From an uncultured Planctomycetota bacterium (GTDB taxonomy: Bacteria; Planctomycetota; Planctomycetia; Isosphaerales; Isosphaeraceae), in the NCBI GenBank assembly GCA_963823665.1, contig CAWGMQ010000004.1:640001-704000 (forward strand): DNA of 64,000 nucleotides, read 5' to 3'. Positions 1 to 10,697 of the stretch are shown one piece after another. A model generated the notes under the pieces. It saw only the letters and a program-made list of their open reading frames with translations, did not search any database and was not told the origin of the DNA. The position numbers were made by a program, and so were the translations under genes. Every line of letters starts with the position of its first letter. The first letter of the stretch is position 1.

Positions 1-2
1 CC

Positions 3-1019
3 TCGGAAGCTCGGTTCGTCCTTTCACCGGCACCCGGTGTTCACCTCACGACCTTTCGAGGCCGGATTCTCATGGTGCGCCGCAACCGCCGTGAGCTCCA
101 GAACGGAGGATCGACTGCATTTCAGGAATCCCTGATTCTGCAGATCTTGGGTGGCACGCGCAAGCTCGTCGACGACTTGCTCGCCGAGGCCCATGCAACC
201 TCATTCCCCCGCACTCCCGGCGTGAGCATCTTGACCCCGCGCAATGAGATGTGGGTTCCCGCCTCGTGGCAGCCCAAGCGTCCGCTCGCCTCATTGATAC
301 TCGCCGACACGCTCCTGGACGACACGCTCGAAGACTTGCGCGACTTCTATCGCTCGAGCGCCTGGTACGCCGAGCGCGGAATTCCTTACAGGCGGGGCTA
401 TCTGCTTCATGGCCCTCCGGGGACGGGCAAAACTACGCTCGTCCTGGCACTCGCGGGCGAACTCGACGTTCCGGTGGCCACGCTCAACCTCAGCAACCGG
501 CTCATGTCCGACGAGTCGCTTCGAGCGCTGATCGACGGACTGCCGGCCGCGGCTTTGCTCCTCATCGAGGATATCGACTGCGCGTTCAAGGATTGGAGAA
601 ACACGGCGGCCGCGACCGGAGTCACACTGAGCGGCCTGCTCAACGCCTTGGACGGTGTCAGCTCGCGCAACGGCCGAGTGCTGTTCCTCACCACGAATCA
701 CGCTGAGCGTCTCGATCCGGCTCTCCTCCGCCCGGGCCGGGTGGATCGCAAAATCGAGCTGGGCTACGCGACCCCCGACCAGGCCCGCCGGCTGTACCTC
801 TGGTTCTTCCGCGGCTGCGGGCTTGGTCAGCCTGATCTGCTCCGCGAGGCCGCCCGGTTCGCCGCCCAGGTCCCGCCGGGAAAGATCGGCATGGCCGCCA
901 TCCAGGAACACCTCCTCCGGCATCGGCATTCGCCCGAGTCGGCAGCACATGAAGTCGAGTTCGGCGAGATCGCAATGGACGCGCCGGCGCTGGCGCTCGC
1001 CTGCGGTGAGACACGCTGA
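3..1019 (+). CDS. BCS1-like AAA+ ATPase (5' end outside window)
   Basis: The frame is open from position 3 (SEARFVLSPAPGVHLTTFRGRILMVRR, like the BCS1 N-domain). It contains WYAERGIPYRRGYLLHGPPGTGKT (Walker A), LLIEDID (Walker B), VTLSGLLNALDG and TTNHAERLDPALLRPGRVD. Confidence 0.85.
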   Translation, partial: SEARFVLSPAPGVHLTTFRGRILMVRRNRRELQNGGSTAFQESLILQILGGTRKLVDDLLAEAHATSFPRTPGVSILTPRNEMWVPASWQPKRPLASLILADTLLDDTLEDLRDFYRSSAWYAERGIPYRRGYLLHGPPGTGKTTLVLALAGELDVPVATLNLSNRLMSDESLRALIDGLPAAALLLIEDIDCAFKDWRNTAAATGVTLSGLLNALDGVSSRNGRVLFLTTNHAERLDPALLRPGRVDRKIELGYATPDQARRLYLWFFRGCGLGQPDLLREAARFAAQVPPGKIGMAAIQEHLLRHRHSPESAAHEVEFGEIAMDAPALALACGETR

Positions 1020-1205
1020 CGACTGGACAAAGACGAACGGGCAATATCTCGGCATCGCCCCAGAGGCGCTCGATCAGCGCCACCCAGGGCGCCACTTCGT
1101 GTGCGGTCGGCACCACGTTGCTGGCCGGCGTGATCACAGACGCCAAACCGCCTGCAACGGGCATGCTCATCGTGGGACCTCAGTTGAATGAGAGCAACGG
1201 CTTTG

Positions 1206-1435
1206 AACCACGAAATACACGAAACACACGAAACAACACGGGAGGGGAGCGAGTGCAGGGCCCGTGACGGGATTTGTCGTGAACGCTGCCGGTGTCACGG
1301 CACAGTGGGCGCGTCTTATGACACCCGAAGCGAGGATCTAGCGCCGACAAGGAAGCCGACCTGCACTCCCGACACCTGCAACCTGCCCTAGCCCCGACGT
1401 ACATTTCACTTTCGTGTGTTCCGTCCATTTCGTGG
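1206..1435. repeat. Inverted pair of CACGAAA-type short-repeat clusters
   Basis: aaccacgaaatacacgaaacacacgaaa at ~1206-1233 faces the degenerate reverse complement tttcgtgtgttccgtccatttcgtgg at ~1409-1434. Confidence 0.5.
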
Positions 1436-1437
1436 AC

Positions 1438-1690
1438 CATCATGCGGCGGCGCAAGGGTGTCATGTGCGGCTCCTTTGCGAGTGAACGGGATTGAGTGAG
1501 AGACAACCCGTTCACGATGCCGCAACGGAGCAGAGAAGGGGCACAGTAAAACCAGCGTGCGGAGAAGGAAGCCGCGCGCTGCGAGGCGGATGACAGCAGC
1601 GCAGGGAGAGAACAGTTGAGGAGAGTTGCGGATGTGTAGCGCAGTCGAGCGGAAGCTCGTTCTTGCCCACCGCGGAGCGGTTTAGTTCAA
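1438..1690 (-). mobile_element. Remnant end of a tyrosine-recombinase/IS91-type element
   Basis: On the minus strand, RBS AAGGAG is followed by ATG at 1464 and MTPLRRRMM, resembling the N-terminus of integrases paired with IS91-family transposases, and then decays. The motif ccgcggagcggtttagttcaa at ~1670-1689 resembles the ends of such elements. Confidence 0.4.
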
Positions 1691-1695
1691 ACGAC

Positions 1696-1734
1696 GGCTT
1701 CCGCCAATACTAATCGCGTCCCGGTTTCCGTCCC
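1696..1734. repeat. Solo copy of the RAYT-element terminal motif (AATACTAATCGCGTCCCGGTTTCCGTCCC)
   Basis: Identical core at 15196-15224, reverse complement at 18969-19006, and a variant at 19430-19449. Confidence 0.8.
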
Positions 1735-2043
1735 GCGTCCCAGTCTCCGTCCCCGCCGGGGGGTGGGCTCGTCGACAGACAACAAGACAGTTTCGGCCTC
1801 ATGTTCGAGGATTGTGACGCCCCAACTGGATTCACCGACGCAGAACCTGCGGGCGAGATGGTTTCGGGAACGGGCAAAGTGCAAGCTGCGAATTAGAGAT
1901 GAGGTTTTCCACGTAGAAGGAGAATTGATATCGTGGTCGCGTTACGCCCTTGCGGTGCTGCGACGACGCCAATCCTGAGTTTTTTCGCGAGAGCCGCGCT
2001 CTCGCCCCAACGACACGGCGTCTCTACTAGGTGAGGAGACGGT

Positions 2044-2625
2044 ATGGGAGCAAGCCTGGATTGGAAGGACTCGTTCCTTTGGAAGTACAGGGATTATCTG
2101 CGCCGGATCGCGCGGCGGCGGCTTGGGTCGCGGCTGCGCGGCAAAGTTGACGAATCGGACCTTGTCCAGGAGGCGATTCTTCAGGCTTATCTGAATCGAA
2201 ATCAGTTTCGAGGGACGTCCGAGGCCCAGCGGAGGGGATGGCTCCGCACGATTCTCGAGAACAAGATCATCAGCGCCCTCCGGCGGTTCTCCCGTTGGCG
2301 GCGAGACTCGGGACGGGAGATCTCGCTGGAATCGCGTTCTTGCGAGCTCGCAGAGCGCGGGTTCGCCGGTGACGCTACGACTGCGAGCGCTAGCCCGCAG
2401 GTTGAGCATGACGAGGAACTGAAGAGATTGGCGGAGGCGCTCGCGGCATTGCCGGATGACCAGCGGCGGGCTGTCGAGATGCATCATCTCGAGGAGCTTT
2501 CATTCGCAGAGATCGCCGCACGGCTTGGAAGAAGCAGGACGTCCGTCGCCGGGCTCGTGTTTCGCGGCGTAAGTGCGCTCAGGTTGCGGCTTGTCGATTC
2601 CGACACAGGGGACCGCGATGAGTAA
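2044..2625 (+). CDS. ECF sigma-70 factor, planctomycete type
   Basis: YRDYLRRIARRRLGSRLRGKVDESDLVQE (region 2) and LPDDQRRAVEMHHLEELSFAEIAARLGRS (region 4 HTH). Overlaps the kinase start. Confidence 0.93.
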   Translation: MGASLDWKDSFLWKYRDYLRRIARRRLGSRLRGKVDESDLVQEAILQAYLNRNQFRGTSEAQRRGWLRTILENKIISALRRFSRWRRDSGREISLESRSCELAERGFAGDATTASASPQVEHDEELKRLAEALAALPDDQRRAVEMHHLEELSFAEIAARLGRSRTSVAGLVFRGVSALRLRLVDSDTGDRDE

Positions 2626-5600
2626 CACCGACCAGCAGACGGTTGAGCGCGAGGACTTGCTGTGCGACCGACTGATCGAGTTCCTCGAGGCGGACAAGGT
2701 GGCGAGAGGGTTGCTTCGCGCGCCGATTGAGGCTGAGTTCCCCGAAATTGGCGGGGAGCTGCGGCAATTCTTAGAAAATGAGGACATCCTCCAGCGAATC
2801 GCAGGGCGACTCCGCTCGTCGTCGCAGTTCTCTTTCAGCGTGAGCCGGGGCGAAGATGGACTCGATCACACGGAGTCCCCGGCGCTCCCAAAGCTGGCAG
2901 ATTATGAGCTCGTCCGCGAGATCGCTCAGGGCGGAATGAGCGTTGTTTACGAGGCAAGGCACAAGATCCTCGGCCGCGCAGTAGCGCTCAAGACCATCCG
3001 TTCTGAGACAAGAGCGACCGACGAGGTTATCCAGAGGTTCCACGAAGAAGCGCGGCGGGTCGCGCAGCTCGATCACCCTAACATCGTTCCCCTATACGAG
3101 GCGGGACTCGAGGACGGACATCACTACTTCACCATGCGGCTGATGGAGGGCGGCAGCCTGGCTGACCGGATGGCGAGAGGATCACTCACGGTGCGACAGG
3201 CCGCGGAAGTGGTGTCCAGGATCGCCCGTGCGCTTCACTTCGCCCACCAGCGCGGAATTCTGCATCGCGATATCAAGCCGGCGAATGTGCTGTTCGACAA
3301 AGACGGGCGTCCCCACCTTGGGGACTTCGGACTCGCGAGCCAGCTTGAGGCTGGCGGCGCTGTGTCGCGGCTTGATTGCGTCCGCGGCACTCCCATGTAC
3401 ATGGCACCCGAGGTGGTTAGCCCGCTCGGTGCGATCACGACCGCTGTGGACGTCTACGGGATGGGCGCCGTCTTGTACGAGTTAATCACTGGGCGTCCGC
3501 CGCTCCGCGCCAGCAGCCTCCTCGAGGCGCTCGCAAGCCTTGCACAATGCGATCCGGAACGTCCTTCGCTGCTGATCACCGGCATGGACTTGGACCTGGA
3601 GGCGATCTGTCTTAAATGCCTCGATAAGGAGCCGGGCCGGCGCTATGGGTCGGCCGAGGCTCTGGCCGACGATCTGGATCGGTGGCTCCGCGGTGAGCCG
3701 GTCGAGGCCCGTCACTGCCACACGTTTCGCCGCATTGCAAAATGGGCGCGCCGGTCTCCCGTAGTCGCTGGACTGATGGTCCTCTGCGTGACAGCGACGG
3801 TGATTTGCATTGCGGCCCTGACCGCCAGCAACGTTTCGATCAACCGTCAGAAAGGAGAGACGACCAGAGCGCTCAAGGCCGAGACGAAGGCGCTGGGTAC
3901 GGTTCGAGAGCTCCTGGAACAAGAGCGACGCCTCTTGTATCTGCAGGGGATCGCTCTGGCCGATCGGGAGTTGCAAAGCGGCTCCCCCGAGCGGGCCGAG
4001 AAGCTTCTGTGCGAATGCTCACCGGAGCTGCGTGGACTCGAATGGAACTATCTCGCACGCTTGTGCCACGCGGAACGGCATTCGCTCAGTTCGCCGGCCG
4101 ATCCGTCTTGCATCGCCGTCGGTCCGCGGGACGCGCGCGTTTTCGTCGGCGGCGGGCTGCTGGGGGGACCGGGAGCGGTCGCGGTTTACGACAGAGCGTC
4201 ACAAGCACATCTAGGTATATTACGATGCGATAGCGCCGTTGACGCCTTGGCACTCAGCCCGGACGGGCGGCATCTGGCGACGGCTTCCCGCGGGAACCCC
4301 GTTTGGGTTTGCGATGCCGCCAACGGTAGAGTGGTACACGCGTTTGACCGTCACGACGGGGACGTCTGGTCCGTGGCATTTAGCCCGGACGGGAAGCGCT
4401 TGGCATCAGGCGGCTCAGACGGAAGGGTCTTCATTTGGGAAGTGGCGAGCGGCCGTAAACTGAATGTACTCCGAGAGCCGGACACCGCATTCTGGGGGGT
4501 CGCGTTCAGCCCGGACGGCCGGCGGCTTGCGACAGCATCGTCTGGCCAGACGGTTGGCATCTGGGACGTGGAGTCGGGGCGCCGCCTGCGGACTATCGAG
4601 GGGCATCGGGGACTCGTCCGCAGCGTGGCGTGGAGTCTAGACGGCCGGCGCTTGGTTTCGGCGGCGTACGACGGCACCGCCCGGGTTTGGGACTCGGACA
4701 CGGGGTCCGCGGTCGCGACACTCACCGGGCACACCGGCTTCGTGACTCGGGCTGTCTTCAGCCCCGACGGCCGACGCATCGTCACCGCAGGCACCGATGG
4801 CACAGTTCTGCTTTGGGACGCCGCGACCTGGGAAAGGGTTCTCTCGCTGCGCGGACATTCCGGGAGCGTGTGGGACGTCGTGTTTACCCGCGATGGTCGG
4901 CAAGTCATCTCCGTCGGTGCGGACCGGACGGTCAAGTTTTGGCCGGGCACCCCGCACGGGATGTCCCGCGGGCTCGATCGGACGGACCAACGCATCCGGC
5001 GAAGCGAGCTGAGTGCAGACGGCCGGAAGCTGGTTGTCCTTCGGGACGACGGCGCGCTCGAAGTCTGGAGCACGGAGGGGGACCGCCGCCTGTGCAGGCT
5101 TGCGGGTTCCTATGATGTCAGAGGGACCCGGTTCGCGTTGAGCGGAGACGGCAACTACCTCGCTCTGAGAGCCGATTGGCAGACCGTGACCGTGACCAGA
5201 ACGGACGACGGGGCGGTCGTGCAAGCCATTCGCTCGCCGAGCTTGGACGAAACGATGCCGGCCTTGAGCCTTGACGGAGGCGAAGTGGCGCTCGGCCAGA
5301 AGGACCGATGCATCACCGTCTGGGACGTTCGTCAGGCGCACTGCTTGGAGCGGTTGTCGCTGCCTGAGGGGAAACTTGAGAAGCTCGTCTTCAGTCCGTG
5401 GCCGGACGTCTTGGCCGCTGTGATCAGACGGGATCGCGCTAGCCATATATTCCTGTGGCAGCGTGGCTCGGAGCGTGGCCCCGTCAAAATCGCGAGCGGC
5501 AGCCTGCTCGCGTTTTCGCCCGGTGGTGATCTGCTCGCCGTCTTCGGCGACACGGGCGCCGTGTCTCTGTGGAACCCGGCGACCGGTCGGCGTGAGGCTG

Positions 5601-5896
5601 AGCTCGACGGAATGTCAGGTCGGGTGTGCGCTGTCGGCTTTGCCGGTCCTGCGCGATTGCTGACCGGTGACGATCGCGGGATGGTCACGATCTGGGACAC
5701 ACTGACTCGCCGGGAAATTCTGTCCTTGCGCGACGTCTCCTGGCCCGTGGAATACCTCTCCGTGACGGATGGACGCACGGTGCGGGCGGCCTCTGCGGAT
5801 GGGTCGGTGAGGCGCTGGGAGGTCGGGTCAATCTCGATGAGCTCCGAAGGCGGCGATGATTTTCTCTCAACACTTGCACGGGAGCGTCAGCGATGA
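2618..5896 (+). CDS. Ser/Thr protein kinase with TM segment and WD40 repeats
   Basis: QGGMSVVY, VALKTI, HRDIKPAN, GDFG, GTPMYMAPE; hydrophobic helix VVAGLMVLCVTATVICIAAL; many repeats such as DVWSVAFSPDGKRLASGGSDGRVFIWE. ATG 2618 overlaps the sigma stop. Confidence 0.95.
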   Translation: MSNTDQQTVEREDLLCDRLIEFLEADKVARGLLRAPIEAEFPEIGGELRQFLENEDILQRIAGRLRSSSQFSFSVSRGEDGLDHTESPALPKLADYELVREIAQGGMSVVYEARHKILGRAVALKTIRSETRATDEVIQRFHEEARRVAQLDHPNIVPLYEAGLEDGHHYFTMRLMEGGSLADRMARGSLTVRQAAEVVSRIARALHFAHQRGILHRDIKPANVLFDKDGRPHLGDFGLASQLEAGGAVSRLDCVRGTPMYMAPEVVSPLGAITTAVDVYGMGAVLYELITGRPPLRASSLLEALASLAQCDPERPSLLITGMDLDLEAICLKCLDKEPGRRYGSAEALADDLDRWLRGEPVEARHCHTFRRIAKWARRSPVVAGLMVLCVTATVICIAALTASNVSINRQKGETTRALKAETKALGTVRELLEQERRLLYLQGIALADRELQSGSPERAEKLLCECSPELRGLEWNYLARLCHAERHSLSSPADPSCIAVGPRDARVFVGGGLLGGPGAVAVYDRASQAHLGILRCDSAVDALALSPDGRHLATASRGNPVWVCDAANGRVVHAFDRHDGDVWSVAFSPDGKRLASGGSDGRVFIWEVASGRKLNVLREPDTAFWGVAFSPDGRRLATASSGQTVGIWDVESGRRLRTIEGHRGLVRSVAWSLDGRRLVSAAYDGTARVWDSDTGSAVATLTGHTGFVTRAVFSPDGRRIVTAGTDGTVLLWDAATWERVLSLRGHSGSVWDVVFTRDGRQVISVGADRTVKFWPGTPHGMSRGLDRTDQRIRRSELSADGRKLVVLRDDGALEVWSTEGDRRLCRLAGSYDVRGTRFALSGDGNYLALRADWQTVTVTRTDDGAVVQAIRSPSLDETMPALSLDGGEVALGQKDRCITVWDVRQAHCLERLSLPEGKLEKLVFSPWPDVLAAVIRRDRASHIFLWQRGSERGPVKIASGSLLAFSPGGDLLAVFGDTGAVSLWNPATGRREAELDGMSGRVCAVGFAGPARLLTGDDRGMVTIWDTLTRREILSLRDVSWPVEYLSVTDGRTVRAASADGSVRRWEVGSISMSSEGGDDFLSTLARERQR

Positions 5897-7898
5897 ATCT
5901 CGCGAGGTTTTCTTTCTTCGTGGTCACTCGAACGAGCGCGGTGTGCGTCGCCATCGCGGCTCTCACCCCAGGGGTCGGAGCCCAAATCATTGAGCCCGAC
6001 TCCGGTCCGCCGCGCCCCGGCGCGGCGTCCAGCACCGCCATGATCGTCTCAGGACATGTGAGGGACGTTGGCGGCAAGCCACTTCCGGCGCGCGCGTGGT
6101 GGTCGTGACGTCGGAAGCCGCCCGGTGGGCGCGGCCGATCGGGGTTGCCCGTGGTAACTCGCTTCCCTTGTCGTTCGAGTGCCACGGTCCTGGGGAGGCG
6201 GACCAAGACGGGAGATTCCAAGTCGCAGTGCCCGGCGCCCGTTCCAGCGTGTACGCGGAGGTCAAGATCTACGCTGCGGCTTCGGGACACGGCAGCGCAG
6301 CTCGAGGCATGCCATTTGAGACGGGGCAACGAGAAGTTGAACTGAAGCTTGGCCCGGAACATCTCGTTCGCGGCACGGTCATCGACCTCACGAATCGGCC
6401 GGTCGTTGGGGCCACCATTCGTGTCGTCGAATCCGAGTGGTGGCTGCCGCCGCCTTTGCTCGCCATCTGGGCCGCGACGAGTAGCGACGATAAAGGGCGA
6501 TTCGTGATCCGAGGCCTCGACCCCGGCAAGGTCTTGCTCCACATCGAGGGGGCGACGATCACGCCGCAGCGATTCGCGGCGAGCCCGGTGCCGGCCGAGA
6601 GCGGGGAGGGAATGACCCTCGCCGTGGCTCCGGCCAAACGGCTGCGCGGCCGCGTTGTCTTCGGCGACAGCGGCAAGCCCGCCGCCGGTGCCGCGATCTT
6701 CGCGCTCGCCGATTTCGTCGAAACCCGCTGGATCGAGGCGCGGACTGACCAAGAAGGCAAGTTCTCGATCAACCCATTCGCCCCGGATGAGAAAGCTGAC
6801 TTCCATCGAGAAGATTATCTCCTCAAGGTATTCCCGCCGCCGAACGCGCAATACGTGGTCGCAGAGCCTTGGTTTCCAATCTCAAAAGTCCCGGGAGAGG
6901 AACTACACGTGCAGCTCAGCCGCGGCGTGTTGGTGAAAGGCCGGGTGACGGAGGCCGGATCGGAAAAGCCGATTGCGGGGGCACGGGTGCAGTACATCGC
7001 ACGCGGGGCCCCCAGCTCGATCGAGGCCTCCCGGGTCAACACGGCGATCAGCTCGCCGGACGGCCGATTCGAGCTCCCGGTGCAAACGGACCCGGGGCAC
7101 CTCCTGGTCCTGGGGCCCACGCCAGATTATCTCCCTGTCGAGACATCGAAAGGCGTGCTCGAGGGCGGGAAACCTGGCAAGCGGCGTGTCTACGCGGATG
7201 CGGTCGTCGCCCTGGAGGGGGGGCAAGAGGGGGACGAGCAGACCGTCGACGTGCGGCTACGCCGCGGCATCACGTTGCGGGGCCGGGTTCTAGGGCTCGA
7301 CAAGAAGCCCGTCGCGTCGTTCATCCTCGTTTCGCAGTCGTATCGCGTCAGTGGTTACAAGTTCGGCGTCAATCCGGACCTTCTCAGGTGCGCCAACGGT
7401 GAGTTCGAGCTGCCAGGGTGCGACCCCGACCGACCGAACACCGCCTACCTGCTCGACCCGGCAAACCGGCTGGCGGCGACGGTTCAGCTCACCAAGCAAA
7501 ACGCGAGCGAGCCGGCGATCGTTGACCTGCGGCCCTGCGGCTCGGCTAGGGCCCGGCTTGTCGGTGCTGACGGCAAGCCGGTGGCTAAGCACCGGCCGTG
7601 GTTCCTCTACCTGCTCGCGAGTGGAGCGCCCCGGCGAAGCTACGAATTCGGCGAGGGCGATAACGCGCTCGAAGCCGATTCAGGAGACGTCGCCCAGTTG
7701 GATCTCACCGTATTCGCGAGTGTCGAGACAAATGACGACGGGCGTATCACCTTGCCCGCGCTCGTGCCCGGCCTGAGCTACCGGATTCAGTGGACCCCAA
7801 CTGATTTCACGGATCCGAAACCATGGCCACATCTGGATTTCACAGTGGAAGCCGGCGAAGCGAAAGATCTGGGCACGGTGGTCATCAATGCGCCGTGA
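5893..7898 (+). CDS. Exported carboxypeptidase-regulatory-like (beta-sandwich) repeat protein; 1-nt frameshift near 6088
   Basis: Signal-like N-terminus in ORF 5893-6108, then repeated G.V.D..GKPV.GA.V units that continue in ORF 6096-7898. One extra G (LPGARVVVV) joins the two frames. Confidence 0.75.
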
Positions 7899-7922
7899 TG
7901 TTGAGCGAGGGAGGACCGAATC

Positions 7923-9308
7923 ATGAAGCCCGATCTGTCTGCCTGGGAGCCGTTTGAACCGACTGCCAACGACCCTTGGGACCTGAAGAAGGTTGCCCAC
8001 TTGCACCGGCGCGCCGGCTTCGGCGCGAGTTGGGTCGAGTTCCATCGCGACCTGGAGGCGGGTCCCGGCGGGGCGGTGGACCGCCTCCTCAATCCGCCGG
8101 CAGAAACGGCCGAGACGCAACGGAACCTGGCGGGAATCAGGGACGGCATCCGGGAAGCGCCCGATCGGAGCGATCGACTACAGGCCTACTGGATGTATCG
8201 GCTCGTGTTCGATCCGAACGCGCTTCGCGAGAACATGACCCTGTTCTGGCACAATCATTTCGCCACGAGCAACGCGAAGGTCCTCGATGAACTGCAGATG
8301 CTGCGGCAGAACGAGCTTTTCCGGTCGAACGCGCTCGGCGACCTGCGGCTGCTGCTGGAAGTTGTGCTCAGTGACGCCGCGATGCTCATCTGGCTCGACG
8401 GCACCGACAGCCCGAAAGCACGGCCCAACGAAAACCTCGCCCGCGAGTTCCTCGAGATCTTCACCCTCGGCGTCGGCAGCTACACCGAAGCCGACGTGCG
8501 TGAAGCGGCGCGGGCGCTGACCGGCTGGGTTTCGAGCCCGTCCCGGGGACCCGGCGTTCGGTACGATCCTCGCAAGCTTGAGTTCAAAGTCAGTGAATTC
8601 GACGATGGTGTCAAGAGAATCTTCGGCAGGGAGGGTCGCTTTGGGCGGGCGGACTTGGTGCGCCTGGTTCTCGAACAGCCGGCCTTCGCCGTCTTCATCA
8701 GTCGCAAGCTGTACCGCCATTTTGTGCGGGACAACATCGAGCCGGAACCCGAGTTAATCGAACCGCTGGCCGACGCCCTTCGCGCGAGCGGCTATTCCAT
8801 CGGGCGCATCGTGGGCATGATCCTCAAGTCGCGTCATTTTTACTCAAATTCAGTGCACCGCGGGCGAATTGCCAGTCCCGTTGAGCTGTGTGTCGGGTTG
8901 CTTCGGACTTTGGGCGCGCGGAAATCCGAGGTTCAGCTCCTGCAGGTCGCGGAGGCATGTCGCGCGCAGGGGCAGCACCTCTTCTACCCGCCCAACGTTG
9001 CAGGCTGGGCCGGCGGGCGGCGATGGATTACGAGCGCCAGTGTGGTCGCGCGGAGCAATTGGCTCTCGTCCGCCATCTGGGGAGATCGTTCGTGGGACAC
9101 GCCGGGTTTCGATCCGCTCGCGTGGGGCGAGCGAAACGGCGTTCCACGCCAAAAGATCGGCCAAGCGCTCATCGACCTGCTCCTCCAGGGCGACTTGACG
9201 ACCGAGGCGCGAGAGGCCGCGCTGCGCGTTGCGCAGCCGGCCGACGCCGACTCGTTGCGGAAGTGTGCTCAGGTCATCGTTCACTGCCCGGAATACCAAC
9301 TCATCTAA
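7923..9308 (+). CDS. DUF1800 family protein
   Basis: AHLHRRAGFG, MTLFWHNHFATS, PNENLAREFLEIFTLG, PPNVAGW, C-terminal PEYQL; RBS ggagg upstream. Confidence 0.93.
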   Translation: MKPDLSAWEPFEPTANDPWDLKKVAHLHRRAGFGASWVEFHRDLEAGPGGAVDRLLNPPAETAETQRNLAGIRDGIREAPDRSDRLQAYWMYRLVFDPNALRENMTLFWHNHFATSNAKVLDELQMLRQNELFRSNALGDLRLLLEVVLSDAAMLIWLDGTDSPKARPNENLAREFLEIFTLGVGSYTEADVREAARALTGWVSSPSRGPGVRYDPRKLEFKVSEFDDGVKRIFGREGRFGRADLVRLVLEQPAFAVFISRKLYRHFVRDNIEPEPELIEPLADALRASGYSIGRIVGMILKSRHFYSNSVHRGRIASPVELCVGLLRTLGARKSEVQLLQVAEACRAQGQHLFYPPNVAGWAGGRRWITSASVVARSNWLSSAIWGDRSWDTPGFDPLAWGERNGVPRQKIGQALIDLLLQGDLTTEAREAALRVAQPADADSLRKCAQVIVHCPEYQLI

Positions 9309-9322
9309 TGAGGAGGATCGAC

Positions 9323-10574
9323 ATGCGTTTCACCCGACGCGATTGGCTTCGACTTGGCCTCGCCTCACCAGCGGTCCTGGCATGTGGCGACGCCGTCCCG
9401 AGCTTCCTGGCACATTCCGCGGCATCCGTCGTCGACGGCGACAGTGGCGCGCGCCGTCGGATCCTCGTGATTGTCGAGTTAGCTGGGGGCAACGACGGAC
9501 TGAACACCGTCGTTCCGCACCGCGACGACGTCTATTATCGCAGCCGTCCGAAGCTAAACGTGGCGGCGAAGGCGGTGCTCAAGGTCGACGACCACGTTGG
9601 CTTTCACCCGCAGATGCGGCGGTTTGCCGACCTGATTCACGATGGACAGCTCGCCGTGGTCCAAGGCGTCGGCTACCCGAACCCGAGTCGGTCGCACTTC
9701 GACAGCATGGCGATCTGGCAAACGGGCCGGCGCGACGCAACGCAAAACACACAAGGCTGGCTCAGTCGCTACCTGGATGCGACGGTGCCCGCCGGGGTCC
9801 TGGTCCCGCGCAATTCAGGCAGGCGGCGAAAAGCTCACTCAGGCGCTCGCCGGAGGAAGCGTTCAGGTGCCCATCCTCGAGGGCCTGAGTCACCTGGAAC
9901 GTCGCTTGGGGATGCCGAAGGATGCCGGGCTTGAGCAGCAGCGTGTCGTGCTGGACCGCGTTTTCGGCCAAGATTACGGCGCGACCGGATCGCACCGCGA
10001 GTTCGTGAGCCGAAGCGCCCTGGTGTCGTTTGCGAACTGCGAGCGGCTTCGCGAGGCGCTGAAAACCGCGGAGGCTTCAACGGCGCGTTACCCGGCGTAT
10101 CGTCTGGCGCAGCGCCTGAAGGTCATTGCCCACTTCATCAAGACCGAGATGACGCCGGTCGTATACTACACGGACCACGGTGGCTTCGACACACACGTAC
10201 AGCAGGCGTTTCTGCATGGCAGTTTGCTCGCGGAGCTTGCCGAATCCACTGCGGCGTTTTTTGATGATCTGAAGCGCGCCGGCGAAGCCGGCCGCGTGAT
10301 CGTGCTCGTCTACTCGGAGTTCGGCCGCCGCGTTACCGAGAACGCGGGAGGGGGCACCGATCACGGAACTGCCGGACCGGTTTTCCTGGTCGGGCCGGGC
10401 GTGCGCGGTGGCCTCCACGGTGCGCAGCCCGATCTCACGGACCTGGATGACAGTGATCCCAAGTTCACGGTGGACTTCCGGCGGGTCTACACGACCTTGC
10501 TCGAAAAGTGGCTAGGAACCCGCGCCGCAGGCGTGCTACCCGGGGCGTTCGAGCCGCTGGCGCTGCTCGCGTGA
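9323..10574 (+). CDS. DUF1501 family protein with Tat-like signal; frameshift near 9805
   Basis: RBS aggagg then MRFTRRDWLRLG; LAGGNDGLNTVVP; YPNPSRSHF; after the frame change GGFDTH, YSEFGRRV.EN..GGTDHG and VDFRRVY. Confidence 0.9.
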
Positions 10575-10697
10575 GGGTTGGGGCGTCCGCCGCGATCGGA
10601 GCCCGGCGAGACGCGGCCGCAAGCCTGGCCCCCGGAGGCCGACGGGACGGTTCCCCGCATCGCGATCGCCAAAGTCGCTGCCCTAACGGGAGAGGTC

